Below, piece after piece: positions 26,100 through 38,100 of a stretch of 64,000 bases of DNA. A program made the position numbers and the translations under genes. A model generated the notes under the pieces. That model was not told the origin of the DNA. It worked only from the letters and a program-made list of their open reading frames with translations, and did no database searches. Each line of letters opens with the position of its first letter. Within the stretch, counting starts at the first letter, position 1. Source of the DNA: Raillietiella orientalis (lineage: Eukaryota); NCBI GenBank assembly GCA_036172245.1, contig JAYWIR010000025.1, forward strand, positions 620,001-684,000. The letters run 5' to 3'.

Positions 26100-28815
26100 C
26101 ATGAATCCAGGTGAAGCGAAATTTCCTTTCTTGCAAGGTCAGCCGTGGAAGGGCGAAGCTCATGACCGAGTGTCCTCTGCCTCGTGCGCAACAGACTGAG
26201 ATCGGTACGCACTCTTAGCTCGCAAGAAGGAAGTTGTGCCTGCCGCTTCTCTGGACCTCACCGAGGCCGGGTCTGCCGAGAGCTTCGTCTCGAAGCAGCG
26301 CTCCCAGTTTCGGACGCGCTCCCTCGCTCGCGCTCGTCGCCGTCTCTTCTTGCAGTTCGTCTGCTCGAAAGAAGCAGCGCAACAAGAGGTGGTGGTGGTG
26401 GGAGGGTTCCGTTTCTTTTTCGTACTTCGTTCGGTAAGCTTTGCAAGAGCCGCTCGAAGACGGCGCCGTTCCCGCAGCTTCCGGTTCCAAAAGTTCCGGC
26501 CTCGGCGAATTTTTGGTTCGGGACTGACTGCTTCCGCGAGTGGCACTGCCAAAGAGCGCGAACCGGAGACATCGCCTTCGGATGCTTGCTAAACGCCTGC
26601 TAAAACGTGCCGCGTGCAACGTGCTACGTGGACGCAAGGCAGCAAAATGGGAGAGGCACAGCCGCACTCATCTCTGTGTCCCGGATCCCGATCTAAGTAC
26701 GCCGGATTTGCGGAACGCCGCTTCTATGCTCCTCACCGACTAGGTTCCGTTCTTACGTAGGGTGACAGGAAGCAGCGCCAGCGGCGACTTCTCCCATGGC
26801 AGAGCTTCGTGAGAGCTTACAAGACCACTTCGAGATGGCGCCCTGGAAAAGCTGGTTCGTCTGATATCAGGCGGCTGCGTCCTCGCGCATTCCGAAGGGC
26901 GCATCCAAGAGGAGTGGGTCTGGGTGTCTTCCGCGGACGCGAAACGCCCCCGGCTCTCTCCCGGTTCGCTTGGTGCTTCCCTTCCGGGCTGTAGTTGGCG
27001 TTTCCGTGAGCAGCGGAGATGCCCGGCGGCATTCTCCCGGTCATCTGTCCTCCTTCCTCCCGAAGCGTCCTGGATTGGCTGCGCCGTATGGCGGCGTGCC
27101 AGGGGTACCGAGTGACGGACGCTCCTCCGCAGCCTGGTCCGTTGGGAAGTCAAGGCGCGATGAGACAGCGAAATCGCGAGGGCAGGCGAGAGAACGGACC
27201 AGGAGACAAAAGTTGACGTGTCGCGAGAGCTGGTTCGAGCGGATCCTTCGCAGGACGGGGGACACGTGCAGCCTCCTCTTCGCCTCCTCCCTTTCCCCTC
27301 TAGGTGGATAGCCCTGCAGTCTCCGCAGCTACTGGCGTGCAGGTGGAGGGCTCCTAGCCTCGTCGGCTTCTTCAGGAAGCCGCCTTTCGTTCAGGATGGA
27401 CATTGACCGGACTGGCAAGCGCCTGCTGCCTCCAAGCTCCCGCGGCAGTTCCGGAGCTTCCCCCTCCGTGGAACTCTCCGGAGCGCGGAGACTTGGAAGG
27501 AGGCATCTCTCTCCCCCTTCTTCGCCTGGGCTTTGGTCCGCCTTGGCGGCCAGGCAGCTGCGGTCTCTTCGCGCACGACACCACTAAGCGCCGCGAGTTC
27601 GAAGCCCGCCCAGAGGGAGAGCGTCGACGCCGAGAAATGGGGGGCGCGTCGCGGGTTTCGAGTCCCCCTCCGCCGAAGAACCCTTAGTTCTCCATCCTCC
27701 CCGCAAACTGGACTGCCTGACTTCAGGAGTCCCGTTTTCGCATGGGGAAGAATCAACGGCACGGGAAAGGCAGAATGCATCCGCCTACGGAACAGCAGAT
27801 AAGCTCGCCAGCAGCTGAGGGAGATCCTGGAGAACACCAGGAATCCGCTGTGGGCCTCGTTCACTCTCCTTGCCTCAGTGCTGCCTCCCTCCCTAAGGGG
27901 AGCAATGGACAGCCAACTGTCAGCGAGGTGGGAAGTGGCCTGCGTGATAGGGAACAGGAAAAAGCATCTGGATGAGTGGACAACTCGGGAGATGGCGCAC
28001 GCCGCACTCCCGAGTTTCCCACCAAACGGTCTGCTACTCTGGAGGGAGAGCTACTAGAAATTCCTCCATAGGAGGCGAAGTGGCTCCCAGCGTGTTGAAA
28101 CTGTGCTACCCTCCTCCTGAAGTGGCAGGAGTCGACGGTCCTGCTGTTGCACTGGGGCCTCCCGTGCAACGCCTGCCGACATCATTGGATCCGGGGGAGT
28201 GTGAGCCCGAACTGCGGCATGTGCGGAGAGAGTCCCTCCCGAGAGCACCTGCTATGGAGTGGGTTGCTCTGTGCCCCATGTGGCAACGCTTCGTCGCGTC
28301 CCTGCGGATCCCCCAGGGTAACCTCAGAAACGTTTTGAAGAGCCTCTTCCTGCGCGACACCCTCACACCGACCGCATCCCTAGCAGCACTTTGCTACTGC
28401 CTACGCGGAGGGATCATGGCTGCATGAAGCAACGCCAGAGGAGAGCAGAACGACAGGGAGGTCATGTATCTTGCAGTCCTCTTCCTGAGGACAGCGTCAA
28501 GATGCTCCCATCTGGGAGTCTTGAAACAGGAACTTTCCGGCATCCTTACAAGGATGCAGAGCACACCCTCCAGCACACAGTATTCCTTACCGAACCCCTC
28601 CCTCCTTCAGTTTTATGTATATTTTTTCTTTTCTTTTTCTTTTTGTTTGTCTCTTCCCCTGTGCTGTCGAAGCGAACCCTGCTGGCCCGCGTGCCAGTTC
28701 TCGGCAGTTCTTACCGTATATCCCATGTAACGTGGCAGGATCACGCATCCTGCCACTTCCCTTGTGCTTATTTTTTGAATAAACGCCCCGGCGTGACCGG
28801 GTGTCAACCGAAGGA
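26100..28815 (+). mobile_element. Decayed, internally deleted L1/Tx1-type non-LTR retrotransposon (copy B); best supported 27950-28815
   Basis: Zinc-binding C-terminal motif LHWGLPCNACRHHWIRGSVSPNCGMCGESPSREHLLW (28147-28257). ORF end homologous to copy A, T-rich 3'UTR, AATAAA at 28778. Possible APE N-terminus remnant LKRAACNVLRGRK...PDL (about 26600-26695). Possible degenerate CX2CX4HX4C knuckle CKVSRGRAKLMTECP (26132-26176). Confidence 0.65.
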
Positions 28816-29964
28816 TGACTCTGGTTGGCCTGAAGGCTTCGGGTGCGGTGGCACTGGTGCAATCCGGATGTCCCCCGTTGGGTAATCGGGATATCGACCC
28901 ACTAGGGTTTCCCTCTGGTTGGAAATGGGGCCGACCATGATTGATAACCTTCTTTCCAGGGGCTGCCTTTCCAGAGTGCAAGGAGAGAGCTGCTCACTTC
29001 GGGAAGCGACCCTTCAATGAAACTGGGAAGCGTCCCTTCGGGGTTCTCTTCAGGAGAGGAGGACTAATAAGAAGCGGTTCTCTTGCGTGGATTCTCACCG
29101 GAGAAGAAATTCCAGGAAAGAATCCCTTACGGGTTCTCCTTCAAAGAAAAAAAAAAGGAAGGGCCCGGGGAGAACAAGAAAGAAGTGGTTCTCTTCGGGG
29201 TTACCCTCCCAACTGCAAGAGAGGAACGGATCCCTTCCTCCGGAGCCTTCCTGGATTCACAAAGTGGTCCCTCCGGAGTCTTCCAGCTTGAAGAGTCAGA
29301 ATTACCCTCGGGTGGCATGGACGGTGTCAAAGAGCTTCGTGATTCCCCCCCCTCCCCATAAGGAGACATAGAAGGGGACTGTCGAATCATCTGCTCCCCG
29401 GCCGTGGGCGTCACCCGTTGCCAAGGCTGCAACCACGGCGGAGGCGGGGAGTCGTCTGCATCGGGGACTCGTTTCCCGCCACGCAGCACGTGGCCTGGCG
29501 CAGCCTCCTTGAGGGCACCTCGGCGGGCGCTCCGCGCGTGACGGTCCTGCTATGGGTGCAGGAGGCAAGCGGAGGGCGCTTGACGTTACCCCTGGGGCCT
29601 TACGCGTGCAGCACACGAGTAGTAGCCACGAGCTCGGAGCGGCTTTCCATCGGAGCCCCCGGGCGCTCCCAGGCTGGGCTCTTCCGCTACACCCCCCCTT
29701 CCTCGTCTGGACAACCCCCTCTAGCTGCGCGGACAGTTCCCAGAAAGAGGCGGCGCGGCACTCCCTCTACCCACAGGGTGTTCCCGGGCGCTACCCAGAG
29801 GGCAGCATTCGTCGCCCTCCCTCAGGAGGTGTCCTCTGTCTTCGGGGTCCAGCCTTGGCAGCGACGCTTCCTCGTGCTGAGGGTAGCAGCTTTTCACGCG
29901 TCATCTCCACAGACCACCCTACCCCCTATTTTTTTCCATCATTTTCCTGGAAGTGGGGGCGGAA

Positions 29965-30140
29965 AGGAGGAGAAAGAGGAGGAGGAAAAGGGAGGAGGAG
30001 GAAGAGGGAGAAGGAAGAAGATGATGATGATGGTGATGATGGTGGTGGTGGTGGTGGTGGTGATGATGATGATGATGATGATGATGATGAGAAGGAGGAG
30101 GAGGAGGAGGAGGAGGATGAGGAGGAGGAGGAGGAGAAAG
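29965..30140. repeat. Compound trinucleotide microsatellite (GAG/GAT/GGT)n
   Basis: Successive gga/gag, gat, ggt, gat and gag runs read directly. Confidence 0.95.
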
Positions 30141-32041
30141 AGACTCCCTCAAGGAGGAGACCCATCGAGGAGACCCTCGAATGGATCCCCTGGGCTCACC
30201 TGAGCCGCGAGGTGCGGGTCGCCACGGCCGAGGTCTCCCAACCGCTCTGCTCTCCCCGCGCGCGTCGTGCCAGCCCGCCAGTTCTGCCGTGGGGGCGCAG
30301 AGCGGCTCCGGGTTCCTGTCGTTCCCCCATGTCGAGGAGGGGCGAAGAAGAGGACGCTAGCTCCTCCCTCGTCCCCTTCCTGAAAAGCGGTCACTCTGGG
30401 GAGAGGCAAAGGGGCGACCGTCGCGACCGCAAAAGGGTGCCCCAAACCCCTCCTTCCCCAGCCATGCGAGGGGGCGGTGAGCTGGGCGTTGCATACGTCA
30501 GCGACCGGGGTGATGTAGGGGGTAAGGGAGGGACAGTGAGCAGAGCTGCCCGTGCGGATGCGCTTGAGGCCACATCTCCCAGGAGAGGGAGGGGAGGGAA
30601 GGGTGAAGTTCCTTCCCGCTGAGGGCGTGCCAGGACGCAAAGGGGAGCCCCTTTGCGTCCTGGAGAGGGGGGACGTTTCGACCGTTGGGGGCGGTCATCG
30701 CGTCCGCGTGTCCTCGTCAGCTGCGCAGAAGAGCGCGGGCTGGAGGGTGACCTCTCGCTCCTCGGCCTTGTGACTCCGCAGGAAAGAGGGCAGCCCATCT
30801 TTCTTTTCCCGCCCTTTATTTTCCTCTCCCTTTGGTAGAAGAGATGAAAGGGGGGGGAGGAGGAAGGGGAGGATGAGCCTGGCCACGCAGCCGCGTGCGG
30901 AAAGTCCAGCCAGTTTCCCGAATCTCCGTTCCCGCCGGAAGCGCACGCGGCGGCCTCCCACGGGAGAGGGCGGGGCGCTGCAACTACCCCACCGGCTCCG
31001 GGGCCCTCCGTGTCCCTCCCGGGAAGACCTCGGCGAAAACGGCGGGAAGAGGCAGGGTCTCCGCCGCTCTCTACTCCGAGACGCAGGAGCGCGCGCGCAT
31101 GCGTCTCACGTGAGCGCGCGCGCGCTCTTCCCGCCCTGTTCGCCCCCTTCTGCGCCGTCTCTCTTGCCGCAGTCTCCACGGCAACCCCTGCGCTCCTGCT
31201 GGCCGAAACCGGAATTTCGCCAGAGTGGCATGAGAAATCCGTTCCTGGAGGGCCTGATCGAGGGGGGAGGAGGGGAAATTCCGTTGCGGTTGAGACGAGG
31301 GGGAAGAGGGGAGGAAGGGAGGGGGGGAGAGAAAAAGGGGGGGGAGGAGCTGAGAAGGGCGGCTCATCCGCTTCCGGGACGGGGAAGGCAGGAGACCGTG
31401 GTGCCTTCCTCCGCTCCCCCCTTTCTTTCGGGGGTCTCGGAGGACTACTCGGGGCATTGCTCCTTCCCTCCCTCCCCGCGCTCGCGAACTGGCATGTGAA
31501 GGAGGAAAGAAGGGGACGAGGGAAGGGGGGAGGGGAAGGAAATTCTTGCGCGTCGGTGGGGGTAGAGTGTCGACTCTCTCCCCCCCTTTCATGCTTCCCT
31601 CCGGAAGAACGGGAAAGAGGAAAGAGGGGGGGAGGGGTTCGGAAGGGCATCCACGCGCGCGGGTCCAGGGACTCCGCCCGAGAGAACTCCAGGGAGGTTC
31701 TTCCGAGGCTCCCGCGGGAGGCGTCCCATTGGGGCGGGAGGGAGAAGAGGGAAAGAAACAAAACGGGGGGGGGAACGAAAAAAAAAAAAAAAAAAGGGTG
31801 TGGGGTGAAGATGGGGGGGGGGGAGAAACCTTGTCCTCCTCCGCCCCCCTTTCCCGAGGTTTCCCCCTTCTCCCCCGGGGGTTGGAGGGAGGCCTCTTTT
31901 CCCACTCCCCCCAAGCGCGCGAGGCCCGCCGCCGCAGTCTCCGCCGCCGCCGTTGCCTAGGTAAACACCTGTGGCGGCGGCAGCCCTGGGGAAGGAGCGC
32001 TCGCATAGCAGCAGCTTCCGGGCAGCTTCTGGTGGACCCGC

Positions 32042-32047
32042 TCAGTT
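32042..32047 (+). promoter_or_regulatory. Possible Initiator (TCAGTT) for the Serrate/Jagged gene
   Basis: Arthropod Inr consensus TCAGTY about 120 nt upstream of the ATG; no TATA or clear DPE seen. Confidence 0.25.
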
Positions 32048-32161
32048 CTCAGCGAGCAGTCGGACAATCCGCGCACCAGGATGCACGCGTGCGAGGCTCG
32101 GCCGCGCCCCGCGCGGGGGAGTCGCCTTCGCGCCGCGCAGTGACGACGACGACGCCTGCCA

Positions 32162-35100
32162 ATGGCCCCCAGGCGCCGCGCCCGTGGGGGCGGACCCGTC
32201 GCCCGCCCCTCCCCCTACTGCTGCTCCGGTCCTCCCCCCTGCTGCCGCCCGGCCGCAACCGCCGCCCCCCCGCTGCTGCTGCTGCTGCTCCTCCTCCGCC
32301 TGGTCCAGGTAGGCCTCTCGCCTTCTGCCCTCCTCCCCTCCCTCCCTTCTGGGTCGAGGGGGACGGACCCCCGGGACGCCCCCTCGCTCTCCCCGGTCGC
32401 ACGCCGCGTTGGGGGGGGGTCACCTCTCCGCTGCCACCCAGCGCCACCGTCGGCTTCCTCTGCTGCTTCCAGGGCGCCGGGGCCTCCGGGTACTTCGAAG
32501 TCGACGTGCTGACCATCGAGAACGGCCGCGCGGAGAGACTGCGGTGTGACTGCAGGAACCCCGCGCGACCCCGGGCGGACGGCTGCCACCAAGAGTGCAA
32601 CACCTACGTGGAAGTCTGCCTGACCCTATTCCGGACCCACCCCGCCGCCCGCGGGGACTGCGTCTTCGGCAACGCCACCAGCGGCATCCTGGAGAGGCAG
32701 TCCGCCCCCGTCCAGGGGTCCACCGTCCTGGAGACCTCCCTCAGGATACCCTTCAGCGTCAGCTGGCCGGTGAGCGCGCGCTCAGACGCCCCCCGGCTCC
32801 TCCTCCTCCTCCCCTGCCCGTCCCTTCTCTCCTCCTCGCGTGCGCACACGGGACCGCAGAGGAACCGGGCTCACTCCGGGGAGAAGAAATCAAAAAGCAA
32901 AGAGAGACCGGGAGAGGAGGGAGCCGTCCTCCTCCTCCTCCCCCTCCTTCCTGCAGGACCTCGGAAATCGCCTGCAGGCGACGCGCCGAGCCCGTGGGGA
33001 AGGAGGGCGGATAATTTTTCCCCGAGGACGGGAACACGTGCGCCCGCCAACTTCCTGCCGTGAGTTAGGGGGAGGAAGCCGGCAGGCGCATCGCGTCCCG
33101 GAAGGTGCACCCCTCGGTGTGGCAGAGAGAGCGACCCCACGGCCCTTAGGGGGTGCGCGGTCGACTCCAGAACGGGCCACTGCCGCCGCCCCCCGTCCAC
33201 CCTACCCCATCCCGGAGGAGAAGCCACCCCTCACTCGTCGTCTTCCAGGGCGCCTTCACGCTGATCCTGGAGATCCGAGGTCAGACGAGCCAGGAGTTCC
33301 ACGGTAACTGTCCGGCGGGGTTCACGCGGATCAGACGCCCCTTCCCCCTCTCTCTCCCTCCCCAAGACGAGGACCCGGTGCTGGAGGTGACGACCCACTC
33401 GGGACTCATCCTGCCCACGGACGACTGGTTGCCTCTCGTGTACCGGCGCAACGTCATCGACATCTCCTACCGCATCCGCGTGCGTTGCGACCGCAACTAC
33501 TACAATGCCACCTGCAGCAAGTTCTGCCGCCCCCGCGACGACAAGTTCGGCCACTTCTTCTGTGACGCGGACGGCAACAAGATCTGCAGCCACGGGTGGA
33601 AGGACGCCCACTGCGAGACGCGTGAGTGTCACCCTGGCGACTCGCGGAACACCTCCGCTCCCCAGTCCAGACGGGAGAGAAAGCTGCGCGCTCTCTCTCC
33701 CTCCTTCCTCGCGCGCCCCCTTCTTTCCCTCTGCACCACCCCCTGCGTCCCTTGCAAGGGCGCGTCCAGAGGGCGGCAGAGAGAGGAGGAGGAGGAGAAA
33801 AAGAAGAAAAGGGGCGCTTCCCTGGGGGAATGAGGGACTCCCCTTTCCCCCGTCCTCGGGCGCACGTGCAACCACTTCGCGCCCTCGGGGAGAGGGAGGC
33901 ACCCTCCTTCTCCTCCTCCTCCCCCCTTCGGCACTCTCCGGACTCTCTTCCGCGCGGGAGAAGCGGTGACCAATCCCGATCGAAGCGACGCCTCGGCTGC
34001 GGCGTTCCCGCCGCGGGGGCGCGCAGGAGGCGCGCACCCGCGGAAGAGGTGTTTCCACCGCAGCGCCACCGCCGTCGCCTCTGGCGCTCTTCTTTTCGCG
34101 CGCGGGCCGGCCGCTCCTCCGCGGCCCTTCCCCCGCGGCGTCGGCGGCGGGGATGGCGAGCCGCAAGGGTGGGAGGGCGGGCGCGGATTCCCCCCGCCTG
34201 TTTGCTCAGGCGCGTCGTGCGAGCGCCCGTCCCGCGCTCCCCGTTCCTAGGGTAACTTCGGAGGAAAGGGGAGGAGCGGCGTCCTCTCCCCTTATCCTCC
34301 GACGTAGCTGCGCTGATGCCTGTCCTGCTGACCACTCTTCCTCCTTCTAGCCATCTGCGACCCCAGGTGTCACGAGAAGAACGGCAACTGCGAGTCCCCG
34401 GGGGAATGCAGGTGAGCATACCCTCTCCCCGTGCCATTGGGGCCCGCAGCATCAAGGCCTCTCCCCCGTAGGTGCCGGCTGGGCTGGATGGGTAGCCACT
34501 GCGACGAGTGCGTCCCGTATCCGGGATGCAGGCACGGCTACTGCCGCGACCCGTGGGGGTGCATATGCCACACGAACTGGGGAGGAGTCCTCTGCGACAA
34601 AGGCAGGTCACGGCGCCCCACGGCTGCCCTGCCTCCCCCATCCCCTGTCCTCCGTACCCTCAGAGAAGGGGGAGGGAGAGATCGATGAGGGGGAGGCAGG
34701 AGGAAGAAGAAAAACGCGCGGGGCGGGGCGGGGCTGGAACGTGCGCCTCTCCCCGGTGCTCCCTTTTTCTCCCCCTCTTTCAGATTTGAATTACTGCGGC
34801 ACCCACGAGCCCTGCCTGAACGGAGGCACCTGCGACAACCCCGGCCCCGACGAATACAGGTGCAAGTGCCCGGAGGGGTACTCCGGAGTCAACTGCGAGG
34901 TCGAGGACAGGAGGGGTGCCTCCCCCTGCGTACCGTCGCCCTGCGCGAATGGAGGCGCCTGCATCCCTCACGACGGCGACAGGGAGTTCCGCTGCCTCTG
35001 CGGCGATGGATGGGACGGTCCGACCTGCGCCACACGTAAGCCAAAAGACGGGGAGGGGCAAACGGAACCTGCCCAACCCCTCTGTTGCTGTTCCACCTCA

Positions 35101-38100
35101 CTCCTCCTCCCCTCTTCCTCCTATTCTCCTCTTCCTCTTTTCCTCCTGTCTTCCACCACTTCCTTCTCTTCTTCCTCCCCTCTTCCTTTTCCCCTGCCGC
35201 TGCTGCTGCCCCCTCCCTTTCCTCTTCCACCGTGCGAGATTCCGCGAATTCCTTCTGCTCCTCTTCCCATCCGCGCCTCTCCGAGGAGGCCGGCGTTTCG
35301 CCAGCGGGCCGCCGCCTCGCGACCGGAGGCGGCGAGAGAGAGGCGGGCGGGCGGACGGAGGCCCTTCCTCCCCCCCTCTCCGCCGCCGCCTATCCCTCCT
35401 GGGCAGGTGGACACTTTCGGCTGGGCCCATCACTCGAGATGGACGGAAACCTCATCATCTCCCGCTCGCGCTCGCCTTTCCTCCCCCCGGCGTGGAATGC
35501 GGGCGGTCGCGACGGGCGCGCGCGCGCCGCCGTCGCCGCCACCTCCCCGTGCGGGAAACTTCCGGCGCGCGCGCGCGTGCAGCCTCCCCTGTCCTTCTCC
35601 TTCCTACACCCCTCCTCCGGGGCTGGGGCTCGCGCCCACGGTCTCTCAACTCCTTGAGACGAGGATGACCGCCCTCCCGGACGCGTCATCCTTCGCGGAG
35701 AGTCCTTCTCCTGCCTCAGCGGCCTCTTCCCCCCCCCCTCTCTCCCCCTCCCCAGGCGCCTGCGGACGAGACCTGCGGCCTCTCCTGAACCACTGCGAAG
35801 AGGCCGCGGATCTCTGGTGACCCCTCCCATCTTCCGACGACCTCGCGAGGCGCCTCCCTCCGTCTCGAGCTCGCCGGGCACCGCAGCTCCGGGAGCACTG
35901 ACGAGTGGGCTGCCTGTGCTGGGGCGGCCCGCCTGCCCACGCCCCCCGGCTTCCGCGAGGCCAGACCGACTGTGGTCGTCGCCATCTCTTGGAGGAGGAG
36001 GAGGAGGAGGAGGGAGAGGAAACTTCGGAGATCACGTGGCCTCTCTCACCCGTCCTCCTGCTCGCGACTTTTCTTCCCAGGGTCAGCCCCCCCCCCCCGC
36101 CAGCGTGCTGCACATAAGGGGTGGGGGTGAACGGGGCCGGAGGGAAGGTCGCATCCTGATCCGTCTCCTCCCGGCACCTCGTGGGTTCTTTCCCTCCCGC
36201 CCTCCCGCTCTTCCACCGCCGGTCCGCTCCTGCTCCTCTCCCCCCGCTCCTGCTCTCCCGGCTTTCCCTTTCGCCTCCACGCGTTGATTAACAACCTGAC
36301 AACCCCCAATTACGGGCTCATTTGGGGGCAGGTCCCGGTAATGCGTTCCGCGGCCCGGGCGAACGTTTCATTACGTTCCGCGCAACGTGACGCGTCCGTG
36401 CCCTGAGGCGCGTCTCTTTTTAATCAGAGCGAGGCTTCTTTATGGCTGACGATGCGGCGGCGGAGGCGTTCCGCGCGCGCGCGCGAGCCTCCCTCCTCCC
36501 CCGCGCGTCATTTTTCCTCCTTCCCTTCCCTTCTGCCTCCCCCGCCCTCCCTCCTTCCTTCCCCAGGCGATTCCAGGAGAGAGTGCGTCCCGCTGCGGGT
36601 GCGGGGGGGGGAGGGGAGGGCAAGCGCGAAGGGTAGGGATGCGCGCGTGTCCCTCCCCCTCCTGGTTCCTGCCAGGTCCCACACTGCCGTCCTTTTTGCA
36701 GGTCTGGGAGGAGAGTCGAGGTCGTCCTGCAACGCCAGCGACGGCGGCGGATGCGGCGGATGCCCTCCGGGGCTGACGGGGGCTTCCTGTGACACCGGTA
36801 CGGTCCGCCGCGGGCTGCTCCAGCGCGCTCCCAATGCGGCGGTGTTGCCGAGCTGCGCTGACCATCTCTTCGTTTGCAGACGTGGACGAATGCCTGGGAG
36901 ATCCATGCGGGAACGGGACGTGCATCAACACCCACGGCGGGTACCTCTGCCAGTGTCCCCCCGGCCAGACGGGCCCCTCCTGCGACGAATCCATCAGCGG
37001 CGGCGGCGACTGCGGCCCCCCCGCAGGTGAGAGGCGCGGCTCCGCCCTCCTCCCCCGTCCACCCCCACTCACGCACGCGCGCGTGTTCCCGGAAAGCCGC
37101 CGCCGCCACCCCTCGGATGACTGACGCAGGCCGCCTTTGTTCCCCTCTTGGCGGCGCCGCCGCACAGGAAGGGGCCGGCCCGCCCCTCCCCTTTTTTTTT
37201 TCGTTCCACCGTCCTTTCATCCCTCTTTGAAAGGCATTGAAAAGCCCGCTTGGTCTCCGAGAAGGGAGGAGCTGCGGCGGCGGCAGCCCGCCGGAGGTCG
37301 CCCTGGGTGGCGCGCCCCTCGCCTGAAAGGCAGCGCTCGCGTGGGAGCGGCTCCACACCCTCCCCCCTTTACCCCCTCCCCCCTGGGACTCCTCCGCGTC
37401 GCCTCCGAGCCCTATTCTTTGCTTGCCTTCCAGGTCGCGGATGCGGGGAGGAGGAGCGGCGGCGACGGCAGCAGCCGACGCCGGAGGACGCCGAAGACCC
37501 CGCGGCGGCCCCGAAGGACCACGAGGGTCGGTCCCCTGACCCCTGCGACCCAAACCCCTGTCCCGGGAATGCCTCCTGCGCGAGGGCGGACGACGGCGGG
37601 TTCACCTGCAGCTGTCCCGAAAGAGGAGGGGTCTGCCCTCCCGGCAGTGACCCCTGCCCGTCTCCCGGATGCGCAGGTCCCGCATTGCTCCATTCACTCC
37701 CTCCGGGGGGGAGGGGGACGTCGTCGTTGCCTTGGAGACGGACCAGTCGCTCTCCCGCGGCAGGCGCGGAGGGGCTGCATCCCCCTCCTCTCGCGCGCCT
37801 CCCTCATTACCGCATCCTGTTTCCCCCCTCCCCCCCTTCCTCCAGGGCACTGCGGAGCCGGGCCGGCGTGGGGATGCCAGCTGTCCATCTTGCGCGGAGA
37901 TAAAAATCGACGCACGGTGTCCGTCGAGGGTGACAGCGGGCGGGGGCACCGCTCGTTCGTCAGCCCGGAGCCCGGCGTCCCTCCCTCCCTCCCCGCCCGG
38001 CCGATACGTCCGCGTCCCTCCTTCACGCGCGTAGGGAAGGGGGCGGTTGAGGGGGAGGACCGTGCTCTTTCTTGCGGAGGGACCCCCGTCTTCGCATTCG

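Noticed and set aside
26031..26220. Functional U2 snRNA gene
   Set aside because: Lacks the branch-point recognition sequence, Sm site and 3' stem-loops.
29418..30622. Poly-Asp/Glu, poly-His and poly-Met ORFs
   Set aside because: Translations of a trinucleotide microsatellite in all frames with no flanking domain.
31546..33063. 505-aa ORF as a single-exon gene
   Set aside because: Only 32473-32769 is Serrate exon 2; the rest is upstream or intronic read-through.
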